Shown: positions 36,689 to 48,901 of the stretch, one piece after another
Numbering within the stretch: the stretch's first letter is position 1
How the letters are laid out: each line of letters opens with the position of its first letter
Assembly: GCA_964036045.1 (NCBI GenBank)
Contig: OZ038378.1
Coordinates: 146,506,001-146,570,000, forward strand
Direction of reading: 5' to 3'
DNA length: 64,000 bases
Source of the DNA: Eutreptiella sp. 'Long Island Sound 2002'
Lineage: Eukaryota > Protista > Euglenida
Notes under the pieces: model-generated
What the model was told of the DNA's origin: nothing
Seen by the model: only the letters and a program-made list of their open reading frames with translations
The model's database searches: none
Program-made: the position numbers and the translations under genes

Positions 36689-39600
36689 ATCCCAGCATGG
36701 CTGCCGGCGACCTGCCTGGTGAGTGCACCCCTCGTCGAAGTACTGCAGGTCATGGCAGGATATGGTGTGACTCCTAGGGACCTGGCAGGGGACATCTGGT
36801 GGGAAAAACTGTCTCAGACGCAGAAGGAGGCTCAGCACGGGGCATGGACCACAGGGTATGCTGAAAGTATAGGTCCCATGGCGTGCTGGGACTGTGGAGT
36901 GGTCCAAGAGGCAGACTTGGAACGATTTCATTGCTTCATCTGCGGCGGACGCGGAGCGCTACGGTTGGGGGAGGCCCGCAGCAGTACGGAACTAGTGTCG
37001 TCTCCATGGAGCGGCCTGTTCGAGTGCATCAAGGGGCAGTGGACCCCGCCAATCCGTTACGAGATGATGAATCAACTCAAGGATTTTGCGCAGGCCCTGA
37101 GGCAGCACAAGAAGAGACTCAAGCAGGACACCTCAGTCTCGGTGCCGTTAATACTGCCGTCTTCTACTCTCTTGGTGTATCACGGGGGAAACGAAGACCT
37201 GTCAGGGATGTCAGAGTCCATGGACTCAGTGCAGACGGACCAGTGGATCTTGAAAGGAGACCTATGCTCAACTTGCGGCAGGTTTGTGGCGACAACAGCT
37301 TCCATATTGCGCACCGGGGTTGGGGTGCTTCGAGTATGCGTACACCAAGGGTCGGGGGATCCATTGGTGAAGAAGGACTGGTCCAAGCGTACTTCCTGGG
37401 GCTGTGGGTCTCAGTCCCTGCCGGGAGGGGTGCCAGTCAGACTCCAAGGAACGCACATTCCACCTGAGATGAGTCTACCGCCATCCGGCATCCGCAGTTG
37501 CCGGTCATGGATGCAGCAGTTTGCACCGCATCTGCCGGAACGGCATGACCCAGGGGCAGAGACCATGGTGGACATACTGACTCTTCAAATTGGGGGTGGA
37601 ACGGAGAAGGTCGAAGTGGTGAGAGACTGGATGGTAGGACTAGCGCCATCAGTGGCGCTGTTGCAGGAATTATGGGATCTGGAGCTGAAGCATGTTGACT
37701 GGGCTAGAAAATATCACGTCGTGGAAGGCGAGAAGGGGCAAGGACTGGGGTTGGCTGTGTTAATAGAGAGGTACCTTCTCTCCCCCGACGACAATGTCTG
37801 GACGCTGCTGAACGAAGAGTACGCACTGGTGGTGGCCTTTATAGCAGCGGATGGCAAGTTATGGGCGGTAGGGTCCATTCACCTGAGACCCGGATCCTCT
37901 GTCACCGAAAAGAAGATGCAGCTGCGGGAGACGGCTTTGGCTTGTCAAGTGGTGCGGCCTGATGCGCTGTTCCTTGGCGGCGACTTCAACGGGACTTTTG
38001 AGGGAGAGCGATCACCGCTCCGACAATTCACGGAGGGGTCGAGGACATGGTCTTCGCTGGGGTTGCGGTATGTTGGAGATCCAGCGCAAATAACCAATCA
38101 GGTGAAGAGGGGTGGAAAAGTTTCGGAAACATCGATCGATCATGGCTTCGCGGGGGGGCATTTTCGCGATTGCGAACGACATTTAATCCCGGGAGTGGGC
38201 TCTCACTTCGCCCAGCTGTTCACAGCGCGTATCCCAGGGCTCTTTGTCCGGCCGTTTGGCTGGAAGAGATATCCTTGGCGCAGAACGGTGGACCGGGATA
38301 GAGTAGCCCTGATGGATGCCATGGAGGTTTACTGGTACTGGGCGGCAATTGGAGGGGCTGAGCCGGACCATTTCCTAGGGGTCTACCACCACGTGGCCGA
38401 CCAACTGATCTACAGGGATCCGACAGGTGTCAGAAACCAGTTTGTGAAACGGCTGAGGTCTGAGGAAGACACAGCAGGACTCTTGGCGTGCAAAAGAAGA
38501 GCACTTGCAGCGAAGGAGGAGTTGCTGGAGTTAGGTGTGAAAATTCCTGACAAGGAGGAGTCTGAGAACGTGGGAATCACCAGCGCCACACGCACTCACA
38601 TGCGGCTGACGCGGGCGTCTCTCACAGTGTTCGGGGGCATCAAAGGGCACCCAGATGAATCGTACGTCGACGTGGAGGAGGAACTGAGGGAGATAAGTCG
38701 TCAGGCCGAGGAAAATAATTTATACCGAGGAGAGCTTCTGCAACTCGATATTCTGGAGGAAGCTTATAGAGAGCCGTTATGTAGGGAGCGCTGTGTGGAC
38801 AGACCGCCGGACGAGTTATGGATTGCAATGAGGCGGCGACGCTTGAACCCAGAGGACCACCACGATAGGAAATTGTTTGCGGAAGAGCTGATCGCGGAGG
38901 GGTCCTGTACCATGCGCAGGCTCTGTAAGGTGCTGCGAAGACCCATGACGGACGCCACGGCAATGGATCTACTGCCGTCGTCCCAGTTGAAGCAGGGCGG
39001 CATGGTGGCGAGGCACTGCATGCTGAATATAATGGAACAACTGTCAGTGGGTATCGCCTCGATGTTCAACTCAGTGGCGCACTACGGCATTCGCAAGAAG
39101 GAGCCCTATTATTACCTCAGCGGGTACAGGCACATTTTCGTAGAAACGTCCATCTCACGTGTGAACACGGCGCTGGACCACTCCTTGCTGAGCGATGTCT
39201 GTGAACTGACTGGGCTCTGGGGACCGAATCTCTTCTCGTACCGCAAGGGTTTTAACCCAGCCCAAATGGCCATCATCCTGCGTCGCTGTGCGTACAAGAT
39301 TCTGGAGATCCATGGGGAGATTTGGCTGCTGGACTGGGACGAGACGGGCGCATTCCCCAAATTGCAACTCCAAAACTTGGATGCCCTGTTGCGAATGGCA
39401 GCGAACTGGCGCAGAGTAGACGGTCAGCCCGGTATTTACACGGTGGGACATCCCGAAGAAGAGGATGGAGTTTCGCAGGAGGAAGCGGTATGGTTCTGCC
39501 AAGACCGTTTCGATCAGTTCTACCGACGGCAGGTCATCTACCCCGTCACGGAGCATGGCCTCGGAGAGCCGTACGGCGCGGCAGACGGGCTCCTGGAGGG

Positions 39601-41437
39601 GGACAGTGCAGCACCGGCAGTCTATCAGACAGCCAGTGCAGTGAGGACCCGGTGCAGCCTCGTGTCAGAAGCGGTGCATTTCTCCAAGGGTGACAAGGTG
39701 CTCGGAGTCAGCGAGCTCATATTCAGTGACGACCGCAGATTATTCCATTTCCGTAAGGAATACTTTGAGGACCTGACATGGGACCGCATCGAGACGACCA
39801 AGAGTGCAGGAGGGATAGTGAACCCGGGCAAGTTAGAACTGTTCCACGCAATGTTGCGCCAAGGGGTCCTGCAGCTGGACGAGGAGGAAGCGAGTGTAGG
39901 CCTAATGATGCGAGCCTCCAAGCAGCCTCCAACGTGCATTGGAGTGCCGGTATTCCAAGAAATGAAGCCCCTTCAATGGCTCTCAGCGACGGCGGCGCAG
40001 TGGAGGAAGCTGACGCCGAGTATCGTTAGAGCCGATTTCTTGCCCATTAAGACTGTCCGAGTGATCATGGCCTTCATGGTGGCCCGATTCGACTATGCAG
40101 CGCCAGCTTACCTCTTTAGAGAGGAATGGCTGAGGGACTTGCAGCTGATCATTGACAGGACTTTCTGCGAGGCGCATGGCCTGTCGATCAGGGTGGCTAA
40201 GCTATTCCTGTACCTGCCCCCCCCGCGGGGTGGCACAGGTTGCCCGTGGCTGCCTTTGAGAGCAGAGATGAGGTACTTGCGCCAAGTGCTGAAGATGCCG
40301 TACAGCCGCAGTGGACTGGCTCAGATGGTAGCGGATGAGCTGCTCGATGACGAAACTCCCGGGGACGACGTTCAGCAAATTTGGCGCGTGTTGCGGGCAT
40401 TCAAGATAAAGCTACTGACAGCGAGAGGGGCGCCTCTGCCCAGACCCATGGCGCCCACTGGTGGTAACGACGAGCCCTGGCTGCTTGTGACTGATGGAGG
40501 GCTGAGAGGCAGCCGCGGAGGCATTGGAATGGTGCTGGCTAAGGCGGGCCGCATTCTGGAGGTGCGGGGCTTCGGTTTGAGAGTGCACGCGGGCAGTTCA
40601 ACAGCATTGGAGCAGTTGGCTAAATCGACATGGATTGAGATGCTCGATCACTTGCCAGGGGTCAAACTGGTTGCAGCGGACTCCTCGGCGGGAGCTTTCA
40701 CGGGCATCAAGCTTCCTTCGTATGGAACCTGGTTAGATGACCTCGTCCGAGGAGCATACGGTAAGTCAGACTTAAAGACATATGGAGAGGCTTGGGTGGA
40801 AGCACAGCATGACAGCGGGTTGGCAGAGTTCCTTTCAACTTGCAACCGGTTGGCTGATGAGCAGGCGACAGCACAACTGGAGGCGTCGAAAGAGGGAGAG
40901 TTCTTTCTCCCCAAAGAGCTGGTTCCAGGACCGGTCTTCAGCATTGGAGGAGCGGTGGTAGTGGCCTTGGATGAGACGTTGGACCAGATTTACAACGAAG
41001 CGATTCGTCATAGGGCTGCAGCAGGACTAGCCGGATGGGATGCCAGGTGGTCGGCCTACGACCAAGTGAAGGCATTCGAAGGAGGGGCCATAGTCTCGTC
41101 CAGCTTCAAGAAGTTGATGCTTCTCAGAACGTTGGGGATGCAGATGGAGGTCGCCGGAGAAGGCCAGCAGTGCCACTGGTGTGGGGCGGCGGACTCCCTG
41201 CGGGCCTCGCACCTGCAGTTCCACTGCCCAGAGTTCTATCTAAAGTGGGTTCAGGTGACCCACAAGCTGGCAGGGGCGCTTCACAGGCTGGGGGTCTGGT
41301 CTCTCGCTCTGGTGTCCGACTTGGAGGTCGTGTTCTCAAGACAGGGTAAGAAATTGTGGATGAGCGTGATGGCGGACGGCGATCTGAACGGGTATCTGCA
41401 GCGGAAGGCGCCCGACGACGTTATAGCATTCAGCTGA
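36689..41437 (+). CDS. LINE ORF2: Zn motifs, APE endonuclease, reverse transcriptase, RNase H, CCHC knuckle
   Basis: APE (~37570-38225): LLQELW, SIHL, GGDFNG, SIDH, SHF. RT: WDETGAF, LEGD, FSDD at 39722. RNase H (~40475-40875): VTDGG, ALEQ, AADS, NRLADE. CHWC...HLQFHC at ~41168. N-terminal CWDC...HCFIC. The start codon is uncertain. Confidence 0.95.
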   Translation: MPAWLPATCLVSAPLVEVLQVMAGYGVTPRDLAGDIWWEKLSQTQKEAQHGAWTTGYAESIGPMACWDCGVVQEADLERFHCFICGGRGALRLGEARSSTELVSSPWSGLFECIKGQWTPPIRYEMMNQLKDFAQALRQHKKRLKQDTSVSVPLILPSSTLLVYHGGNEDLSGMSESMDSVQTDQWILKGDLCSTCGRFVATTASILRTGVGVLRVCVHQGSGDPLVKKDWSKRTSWGCGSQSLPGGVPVRLQGTHIPPEMSLPPSGIRSCRSWMQQFAPHLPERHDPGAETMVDILTLQIGGGTEKVEVVRDWMVGLAPSVALLQELWDLELKHVDWARKYHVVEGEKGQGLGLAVLIERYLLSPDDNVWTLLNEEYALVVAFIAADGKLWAVGSIHLRPGSSVTEKKMQLRETALACQVVRPDALFLGGDFNGTFEGERSPLRQFTEGSRTWSSLGLRYVGDPAQITNQVKRGGKVSETSIDHGFAGGHFRDCERHLIPGVGSHFAQLFTARIPGLFVRPFGWKRYPWRRTVDRDRVALMDAMEVYWYWAAIGGAEPDHFLGVYHHVADQLIYRDPTGVRNQFVKRLRSEEDTAGLLACKRRALAAKEELLELGVKIPDKEESENVGITSATRTHMRLTRASLTVFGGIKGHPDESYVDVEEELREISRQAEENNLYRGELLQLDILEEAYREPLCRERCVDRPPDELWIAMRRRRLNPEDHHDRKLFAEELIAEGSCTMRRLCKVLRRPMTDATAMDLLPSSQLKQGGMVARHCMLNIMEQLSVGIASMFNSVAHYGIRKKEPYYYLSGYRHIFVETSISRVNTALDHSLLSDVCELTGLWGPNLFSYRKGFNPAQMAIILRRCAYKILEIHGEIWLLDWDETGAFPKLQLQNLDALLRMAANWRRVDGQPGIYTVGHPEEEDGVSQEEAVWFCQDRFDQFYRRQVIYPVTEHGLGEPYGAADGLLEGDSAAPAVYQTASAVRTRCSLVSEAVHFSKGDKVLGVSELIFSDDRRLFHFRKEYFEDLTWDRIETTKSAGGIVNPGKLELFHAMLRQGVLQLDEEEASVGLMMRASKQPPTCIGVPVFQEMKPLQWLSATAAQWRKLTPSIVRADFLPIKTVRVIMAFMVARFDYAAPAYLFREEWLRDLQLIIDRTFCEAHGLSIRVAKLFLYLPPPRGGTGCPWLPLRAEMRYLRQVLKMPYSRSGLAQMVADELLDDETPGDDVQQIWRVLRAFKIKLLTARGAPLPRPMAPTGGNDEPWLLVTDGGLRGSRGGIGMVLAKAGRILEVRGFGLRVHAGSSTALEQLAKSTWIEMLDHLPGVKLVAADSSAGAFTGIKLPSYGTWLDDLVRGAYGKSDLKTYGEAWVEAQHDSGLAEFLSTCNRLADEQATAQLEASKEGEFFLPKELVPGPVFSIGGAVVVALDETLDQIYNEAIRHRAAAGLAGWDARWSAYDQVKAFEGGAIVSSSFKKLMLLRTLGMQMEVAGEGQQCHWCGAADSLRASHLQFHCPEFYLKWVQVTHKLAGALHRLGVWSLALVSDLEVVFSRQGKKLWMSVMADGDLNGYLQRKAPDDVIAFS

Positions 41438-41962
41438 TCAGGAAGGTACTACTCCTCCGGCCCATGGGCCAATGCGTGGAAAGGGAGTCCTATTGCACTG
41501 AAGGATCTGTTCCTCTGTTGGAGTGAGGCTACTCAGGTGAGCTTGCATGAACTGCAGATGAGTCTCGTCCGAGAGCGCAGAACGTGGGAGCATGAGAGGT
41601 CCACACTGGTGCTCACTGGAGGGGCCAGACATGGCTCACTGGTGGAGTCCATCACGGCATCCTGGCTGGCCAGAGGATGTGGAAATTGGAGGATGTGGCA
41701 ATGGGGACTGCCAGTGATCGACAGCCCGAGACTGCAGACTAGTCGAGACCTGGAGCCGGTGATAGTGGTGGTGGGTCGAGTCAGGCCAGTAGGACTGGAG
41801 CGCCACAACTACGAGATATTCGTGGGAGAGGAGGCGAGATCCTTTCAAAGCGATGGAGAGTTCGAGTACTTTGATCTCCCGGTCCCGTTCGCATGGACGC
41901 GGGGGATTCCATGGGCGCTGACGGAAGCACTTAAAGGTCGTCTGAGTCAGTTGCAGCATTAA
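41438..41962 (+). CDS. In-frame 174-aa continuation of ORF2 after one TGA
   Basis: Open from 41438 to the TAA at 41960-41962, in the ORF2 frame. It includes the track ORF 41537-41962. Confidence 0.65.
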   Translation, partial: SGRYYSSGPWANAWKGSPIALKDLFLCWSEATQVSLHELQMSLVRERRTWEHERSTLVLTGGARHGSLVESITASWLARGCGNWRMWQWGLPVIDSPRLQTSRDLEPVIVVVGRVRPVGLERHNYEIFVGEEARSFQSDGEFEYFDLPVPFAWTRGIPWALTEALKGRLSQLQH

Positions 41963-42748
41963 CGAATCGCAGGGTCGGCCCAGGAACAGTGCTCATCAGC
42001 GCAGTTTCGCGGCATCAGGCGATCCACTTCATTATATTTTATTTTCCTACTTTTATTTTTCAAGTACACTCAAGAGAGTCAGATCAACATGCACGGTCCG
42101 AGTGTTAGAGCACGAGAGGGCAGGCCACAACAAAGAAGGCCGCAGACACCCAGTATTTATTTTCTTTAACATTATTTATTTCAGCGGCTTAAGCACAGCG
42201 ACAGCGGACACCCACCAGCTCAGACGAGCCACTCAGGAGACTCAAGGAGTGGCGCATTTGGCGGGCGTTTTGGTAGAGTCGCACTGTGCCAGGGCTTGCT
42301 CAGGGTGACAGAGGGTGGAGAGAGGGCAATGGAGAGGACTCAGCAAGGTTCACTGAGACTTCGGGTTGATGTTGGCGGAAGAACAATCAACAATAACAAA
42401 GAATTAAATTCTCAACAGAAATCGAGAGCGGGGCACAGGACCACTCAAGGGGCGAATGGAGTCAACACACTTTCTGGGGAACTAATTTTTTTTAGGAAAA
42501 ACAGATACGCAATTCGGCACTAAAGGGGGACCAATTCAGGAAGCCCATGCAGCGGGACTGGGGGTGAGAGCAGGAGCCACTGTAGTCTCGAAAGCAACAG
42601 CAACAGGAGCCAGTGGGGGCTCCACCACCAGGACTAAAAGGGCACACCCTACGCAGCCCGGCGGGGCGACTAGGGATTTCAATGACCTCCAGGGGCTCAC
42701 GTGGAGGCCTGCATAAGCAGCGGCCCAGCAAAGACAAGACAAGACAAG

Positions 42749-42752
<4 letters not shown>

Positions 42753-42809
<57 letters not shown>

Positions 42810-42810
42810 G

Positions 42811-42883
<73 letters not shown>

Positions 42884-42915
42884 AGGGAGAGAGAGAGAGA
42901 GAGTGAGAGCGAGAG
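42753..42915. repeat. (GA)n tract at the 3' end of the full-length LINE
   Basis: About 150 bp of GA decaying into flanking sequence. Confidence 0.95.
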
Positions 42916-42947
42916 TGATGCACAGAGGCAGAAATGGAAAAGAAAAC

Positions 42948-43364
42948 CTGCTGCTCGAAGAGGTCCTCCACGCAGCCAGCAGTCAGCAGCAGGTGGTGCA
43001 CGCTCTGCCACGTGCTGAGGTCCGCGAGTAGAGCTGCAAAACCTTGATGGTCCACGAAACTGGTGCGCGGGCCATGCAGACTACTGGTACAGAGGATGGT
43101 GTCATCCACGTCCCACACCAGCAAAAGCCGCTTATGCCTCATGCCCTCACACACCGCAAGGATGTCGGCATAGCCCCGTGCCGTGGAAGGGAATAGAGGT
43201 GGGCAGCTGCCATGGGCCATATGCAATGCTGAGGATACAAAGTGCCGGCTCAGAAAGGTCAGGTGATTGGCAGGCATAGGGGCATTCACTGCATTGCAGA
43301 AACCCATCAATTCCACCACGTGGCCTGCCCACAGACACAAACTAGTCAGTGGCTTGTCTTCCAT
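42948..43364 (-). CDS. HAD-superfamily hydrolase exon
   Basis: RLLLVWDVDDTIL (motif I, DxDxT) and LLLTAG (motif II-like). A possible donor CAG|GTTTTC leads into pyrimidine-rich sequence. Confidence 0.5.
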
Positions 43365-46300
43365 GGAGACCCGGGTTTGCAAATCTTGAGTGCAGGATAT
43401 TCTCTCGTGCTGCCATGCCAGGCTCTCGGCAGGCTGCGGTTGTCGTTTCATGTGGTGCAGTTGGTGTCATAGGGGGAGTATCTGTGCCGCGCGCTACTTC
43501 TACAGTGCGTTATCCCGGAACGGCCTCGGCTTAAACCCTCTCCTAAAATGGCCCCTACAGAGAGAAAACCTTTTTGGTGGTAAGGAAGGTTGCTTGGCCG
43601 GGATAGATGGCCAAATCTCCGCGCCGCGCGTGTGCGCGGCGTTAGGTGCTCCCCCATACATGCACATTACAAACACTCTGCAGCAACCCCACCTCCTTGC
43701 ACGATGTGGAACAAAGGTGGCACATTGCATAGTACTATTGGCTCAACATGCCACTTTGAATGCTGCAGCTTGCACACCAACTTGGGTAAGATCCGCAGCT
43801 GGTTGCTGAGCTCCATACACTGTGCTATAGATGCTCGCCAAAGCACTTTTGTACGATCCGAAATCCCATTTGTTGCCATTTGGCCATAGGGTGCAGGGTG
43901 GGGTCCTTCCAAGGGCTGGTGCACCGCCTGCATATGCATTTCAGCCTCACTTTTTCGACATTGTGACCTTCCAGAATTATCAAATATCACATGTGAAGCA
44001 TGGGATGGCACAGCATAATCTGCTACAGCCACCGGGTTACGTGTTTGCTAGTGCTGTGCAACCACCCCCAGGGACACTACAAAAACAGTAATCGGTCCCT
44101 CTTCGAGTTGCCTTGTCAAATGCAGTGGAATTCCCACAACAATATTTTTGATATTGTGACCACTCACAATGTTCAAACATCCTATGTAAAACATCTTTTA
44201 GGCTCGCTTCATGTTTGTTCACCCTATTTGGGTATTGGGTGCTTTGGGGGTGTCTCCCAAAGAACTGGTGCAAAACTGCTCACGTAGTTTTCAACCCTCA
44301 AGAATGGAAATTCCCAAAACTGATTTTTTATATTGTGAGGCATGCTTTTGGGCCCTCTTTATGTGGTTTGCAGGCCTCTTGTTGTCAACCTGCCTGTGGT
44401 GGGGCTGCCCCGGCTGAGGCACAACCTTGCTGCCTTTCTCTGCCTGCACACCACACATGGCGACAAGATGCCTGCGGGTTCCTTGTAGTGCGCACCGCCT
44501 GATTGCTGCCGTGCGAGGGCTAGTCCGGTACCGCTAGACGCTCGGCTGCTCTACGCTCCTCCCGCGCCCAGTGCGTCGCTGACAGCCCTTGGGCGGTCCT
44601 CCACCACCGGCTGCCAATTTGTGGAGCACTAGAGGCACATTCGACAATTTCTTCCCCTTCGACGTGCATGCGCAGCGCCGCTCCTCCGGGGAAGCGCGCG
44701 ACAAGCGATGCCTAGCACCACCGCCGATGGCTGCAACTTGGCGGTCGCATGTGCTGCTGCACGAAAGCAGCCGGAGGTCCCGGCCACACTTGGGGCTGCC
44801 CTTGCCTTCTTCCTCAGCGCCCCCCCCCCCCCGCCCCGGGCCTCTGGCCAGCCCCGGACACCCTCCCGGGGGCCGCGCAGGCCGGGGGATGCCCAGCCCG
44901 CCCCCTCCACAGCCGAGGCGTCCCAAATGAAGGCCTTTCTGCAGCACTCAAGTCCATGGAGGACACCATCGCGCTCCTCCGACAGGAGCTTGCGGCCGCG
45001 CGGGGGGACCTAGCGCCTACCCCCACCTGAGGCTTGGATGCCCGAATGGCCCCGGCGCTCGGAGCTGGAGCGGCCTAGGCCCCCCACAAGTGGCCGCAAG
45101 TGGCAGGTCACTGGCCACCTAGCCCACCTCACTAGCCAGTACCACTTGCCGCAGGCCCACCGGTGGCACTCATGGAGCAGTGGCATTAACTGGACCATGG
45201 AGCATTCATCCCCGTGCTCTCGCGGTGGAGATCTGCCTCCACACCCAGACGCGGGCAAGCTGGGCCTGGAAAACCCGGTCTAGGGGGACATGCAGCACGC
45301 AAAGGGCTCATACGCGGCTGACATCCAGTCCTTTGCTATTAGCGCAGCTCATCAGCCCTAGCCGTGACAAGTGGCACCGGGCGGCTATAGGGCAGAGGCG
45401 CCGCGCCCTGCCGCGGCAGCCAAGCAGGCACAGTATAGGGGCTTGTGGCACCGGGGCGCGCTGCGGCGCAGTTGCCGCATGTGCAGCCGACGGTCGGGCC
45501 TTGCCAGTGGTCGGGGCTTGCAGGCACTCCTGCCTTCGGTGGCGGCGGCGTTGCGGTCGCGGCGCCTGCGTGAGATGCTCGGCAGGAGTGGCGCCCTCTG
45601 CAGATCAACCCCGGCTGCCATCTGGCCAAGTGGCGCTAGCCACCGTAGCCAAGCGCTGTGCAGCGGGTTGCTCTCGCGGGCTGCACGTTGCACGAGGCCC
45701 ACTTGGTTGCGGCAGCAGTGTTCATCACGCACCCAGACACCCTGGAGGTCCCTGCCCGGGTGCATGTCTAGGGCGGCGGCCGCACGACACCCACAGTAGT
45801 GTCTTTGCTGCAAGTACTGTGCCGCACTCGCACTAGTATTGCCCCCTATCTGGTCCCTGTTCTCCCCAGCAGCATGCAAAACTCAAGCAAATGATTGCTT
45901 CATCACTCACCGCCACCCCCCCACCCCCCAGGGGGCACCCCATGGTGTCACGCTCTGGTCGACGCCATAAAGTGGATACATTGTAGGTCGAACATCAGCG
46001 TGTTCCAGTTTTCACATGCACTCACCACAGCCCTGCCAAGAACTTCTGGCTGTGTGTTTGGAATCCGGGAGACTGTGTTGGCTGGCGTGGTATTTGTGGG
46101 CACCCATAACAAATACAGTAGGGTGCCCGTACACCAGAGGCGATTGAACAATCACCTGACGATTTTCACCTGGCATGTGGCTTTTGGGCTGGCCTTCGGT
46201 TTCCCAGCGGAGTAAAGCGTAGCCATGTTCTCAATTAGCACATTGGCGCTATGTAGTCGGTGGTTGGACACAAAATGGGCAGTGTAATTGACTCCTGTCA

Positions 46301-47529
46301 GCTCGGCTTGTTGCTAGTTCTGTAAGCAAAAAAAGTGCAGTCGGTGCCTGACGCAAACAAATTGACTACCCAATTCTGTATCCCCCGTCCGTTTCAGCAG
46401 CATCCACGGCGATCATCGGAGCCAACAGTGGCGTTGTGTGCGCTGGTGGGGCTGTGTATGGCACTGCCCCATAACATATGCAATGGCTTCAGGCAGGCAT
46501 CATCCTGAGACATCCAACTTGTTTCAAGAGTTTCACAGCTGGGTCTCCAGCAGGTCCAGTGTTTCGTTGACAGACAGGCAGATGCATTTGATGTCTTGGG
46601 CCAATATCCTACAGGATCACTGGCCCTTGGCGGTCACGCTTTCAGTGCGTGCACGTAGTGTTCCCCAACCACGCTGCCTACCAATATATCAACCGCTTTG
46701 TGTGTGGTGATGGCATTGTGGTGCCATGGTGTCATTTGGGATCATAGTACACATGATTTTCTGTTTGCTCCAACTAGCAAGTTAAGAAAGAGAGATTCAT
46801 AGCGGTACCAAACACCAGCAACGCATTGAGGGAAACGGTGATAATGCAAGGTGCCTATTTTGTGCGGATCCAACCTCTGTGCCTCCGTACTCCATAGACG
46901 GTGGTTGTAGCTTAATCTGCGCCGACTGATGCCGCTTGACCCGTAAACGAGCACTGTTGATGTCCAGATGCACCACAGTCCGGCAGTTTCCCTTTCTCTT
47001 TGTGGCACTACGGACCACCTGCCCACCTGGCGTATGCTAATGGCAGGTCTGCAGACTGGCGGGCACTACATGGGTACCTGTGCTGTCACAGACTCCTGTC
47101 CACTCACCCTTTGGTTGGGCTGTTATCCCCCCTGGAGATTGCGCAGTTGAGCCGAAAATATTCGCGGTACCAATCCTTTTTTTTTGTTGTGGGTCATCCG
47201 TAAGCAGAATGAGACTGGCACCGTTTTACAACTGCCAGCATGGCGACTGAAACCGCTTGAAAGCCGCCAGTTGCTGTTGCAGCTGCCCTTGAGGCGTCCC
47301 TTCAGCCTCCCTCTCCCTGAAGCAGAGCCCTGGCTAGGCCCCACTGAGTTGATGTGGAACGCAGCCAATTCCTTGTTAGTTTTGGGTGCCACAGGACTGG
47401 CACATGGTACGGGGCTCATTCCTAACGAACGGCTGTCCCCTTGCCAGACACTGGTGCCATGCCTGCCCCACCCCCGCCTTGTTGAAGTGTTGATGTTGGT
47501 GCTCTTCTCTCGAGCTGGTCACATAGTGC

Positions 47530-47812
47530 CCCTGCCCATGCAGCACCCATTCACGACCCATGCAGCACTCAATTGCTGCCCATGCAGCACCCATTCACGA
47601 CCCATGCAGCACTCAATTGCTGCCCATGCAGCACCCAGTTGCTGCCCATGCAGCACCCATTCACGACCCATGCAGCACTCAATTGCTGCCCATGCAGCAC
47701 CCAGTTGCTGCCCATGCAGCACTCAATTGCTGCCCATGCAGCACCCAGTTGCTCCATTGGCTGCCCATGCAGCACCCAGTTGCTCCATTGGCTGCCCATG
47801 CAGCACCCATTC
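47530..47812. repeat. Minisatellite built from CCCATGCAGCA-based 22/44-bp units
   Basis: Alternating CCCATGCAGCACCCATTCACGA, CCCATGCAGCACTCAATTGCTG and CCCATGCAGCACCCAGTTGCTG units. Confidence 0.9.
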
Positions 47813-48901
47813 ACTCCCTCCTCTTGTCCAACACGCGACCTATTGGGTAGAATGGACAATATTTGGGACTCTGTGTCGGCGCCCCCGGCACCGCATCTGC
47901 ACCCTCATGAGTGTTGCTGCCTCGCCACCTATGTCCTGAAAGGACTGCGGATGATGGCGGACTGCTTCCGGAGGGCCACGACCATCGTCAGCTTATGGCG
48001 CAGAGACGACCTGCAAAACGCAGGTGGAATGGGCAGGAGGGTGATCCTGAAAGCCATCGCTCTGCTTTGGGCCAAGAAACGCCCTGGAGGCATGTGGCGG
48101 CATTAATTGGCAATGTTGCCGTCGTCGCCAGCCCAAGGGGAAGTAGTTGGATTGCGCACATGATGTCGCTGCTTATGCGGAGGTTGCTAAGGGGGCGCAG
48201 GAAGACATGATGACCTTCGCAGCATAAGTCGTTTGCCCAACACGCTGCAATCCCTCCTTTGAATCCTAAGCTAAGCATTGCTGGTATCCATAGCCCCATA
48301 TTGCCCCATCTCAAACATTCATTCAATACAACATAGGGTGTATCGTGCAATAGCGCTCCTCGTAAATCGTTAGGATTGAAATGGAAACCAACGCAACCCG
48401 GCTCCGACCGAGCTGCCTCTTCGCACGCCACATTCCGTACGCCAATGGGTGCAAGGGGCGCGAGCAGCCAAGCATTCATTTGGCGGCTATGGACCTGATG
48501 GTAGGGAGTCACCTCCAAGGCTACCACTAATGCTTGGTACCCGTTTTGGGGAGTCGGGGCAGGTGGAGGCGGCAAGGATTACGCGAGATCAAATATCTGA
48601 GATTGCATACAGGCAAAGCGTCCCTTATGCTTGGAGAGTGAGCAGTTTTGCAGGAGAGAACCACGCGGAACCCAGCGATATCTGATCGATTCGAGACAAC
48701 AGTCCGTTGTATAAACACCTGCTCATCGGTCAGCACACACTGCGCCTTCAAGCCGCATCCACGTTGATTTTAAAGCCGAACCCCCGGCATTGGATCACAA
48801 GCATCAAACCTCAGGTTCAATGTGCTTGCCGCCCTATGTGAACCAACAGCGGGCACGATCGGCCATCTGCACGGCGACAGACCAGAGCAGCACGCACAAA
48901 C

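Larger units (their letters stand above)
33371..42752 (+). mobile_element. Near full-length non-LTR retrotransposon (APE-RT-RNase H type), ~9.4 kb
   Basis: Starts CTGGTAC directly after (GA)n, as copy A1 does. 1.27-kb 5'UTR, ORF1, ORF2, 0.79-kb 3'UTR, ending in (GACAA)4 then (GA)n. No LTRs and no poly(A). Confidence 0.95.

Noticed and set aside
44534-48600. Coding-like fragments, including a PAN-like CEEAARSEPGCVGFHF at ~48400
   Set aside because: Many stops and frameshifts and no diagnostic motif set; cannot be assigned.
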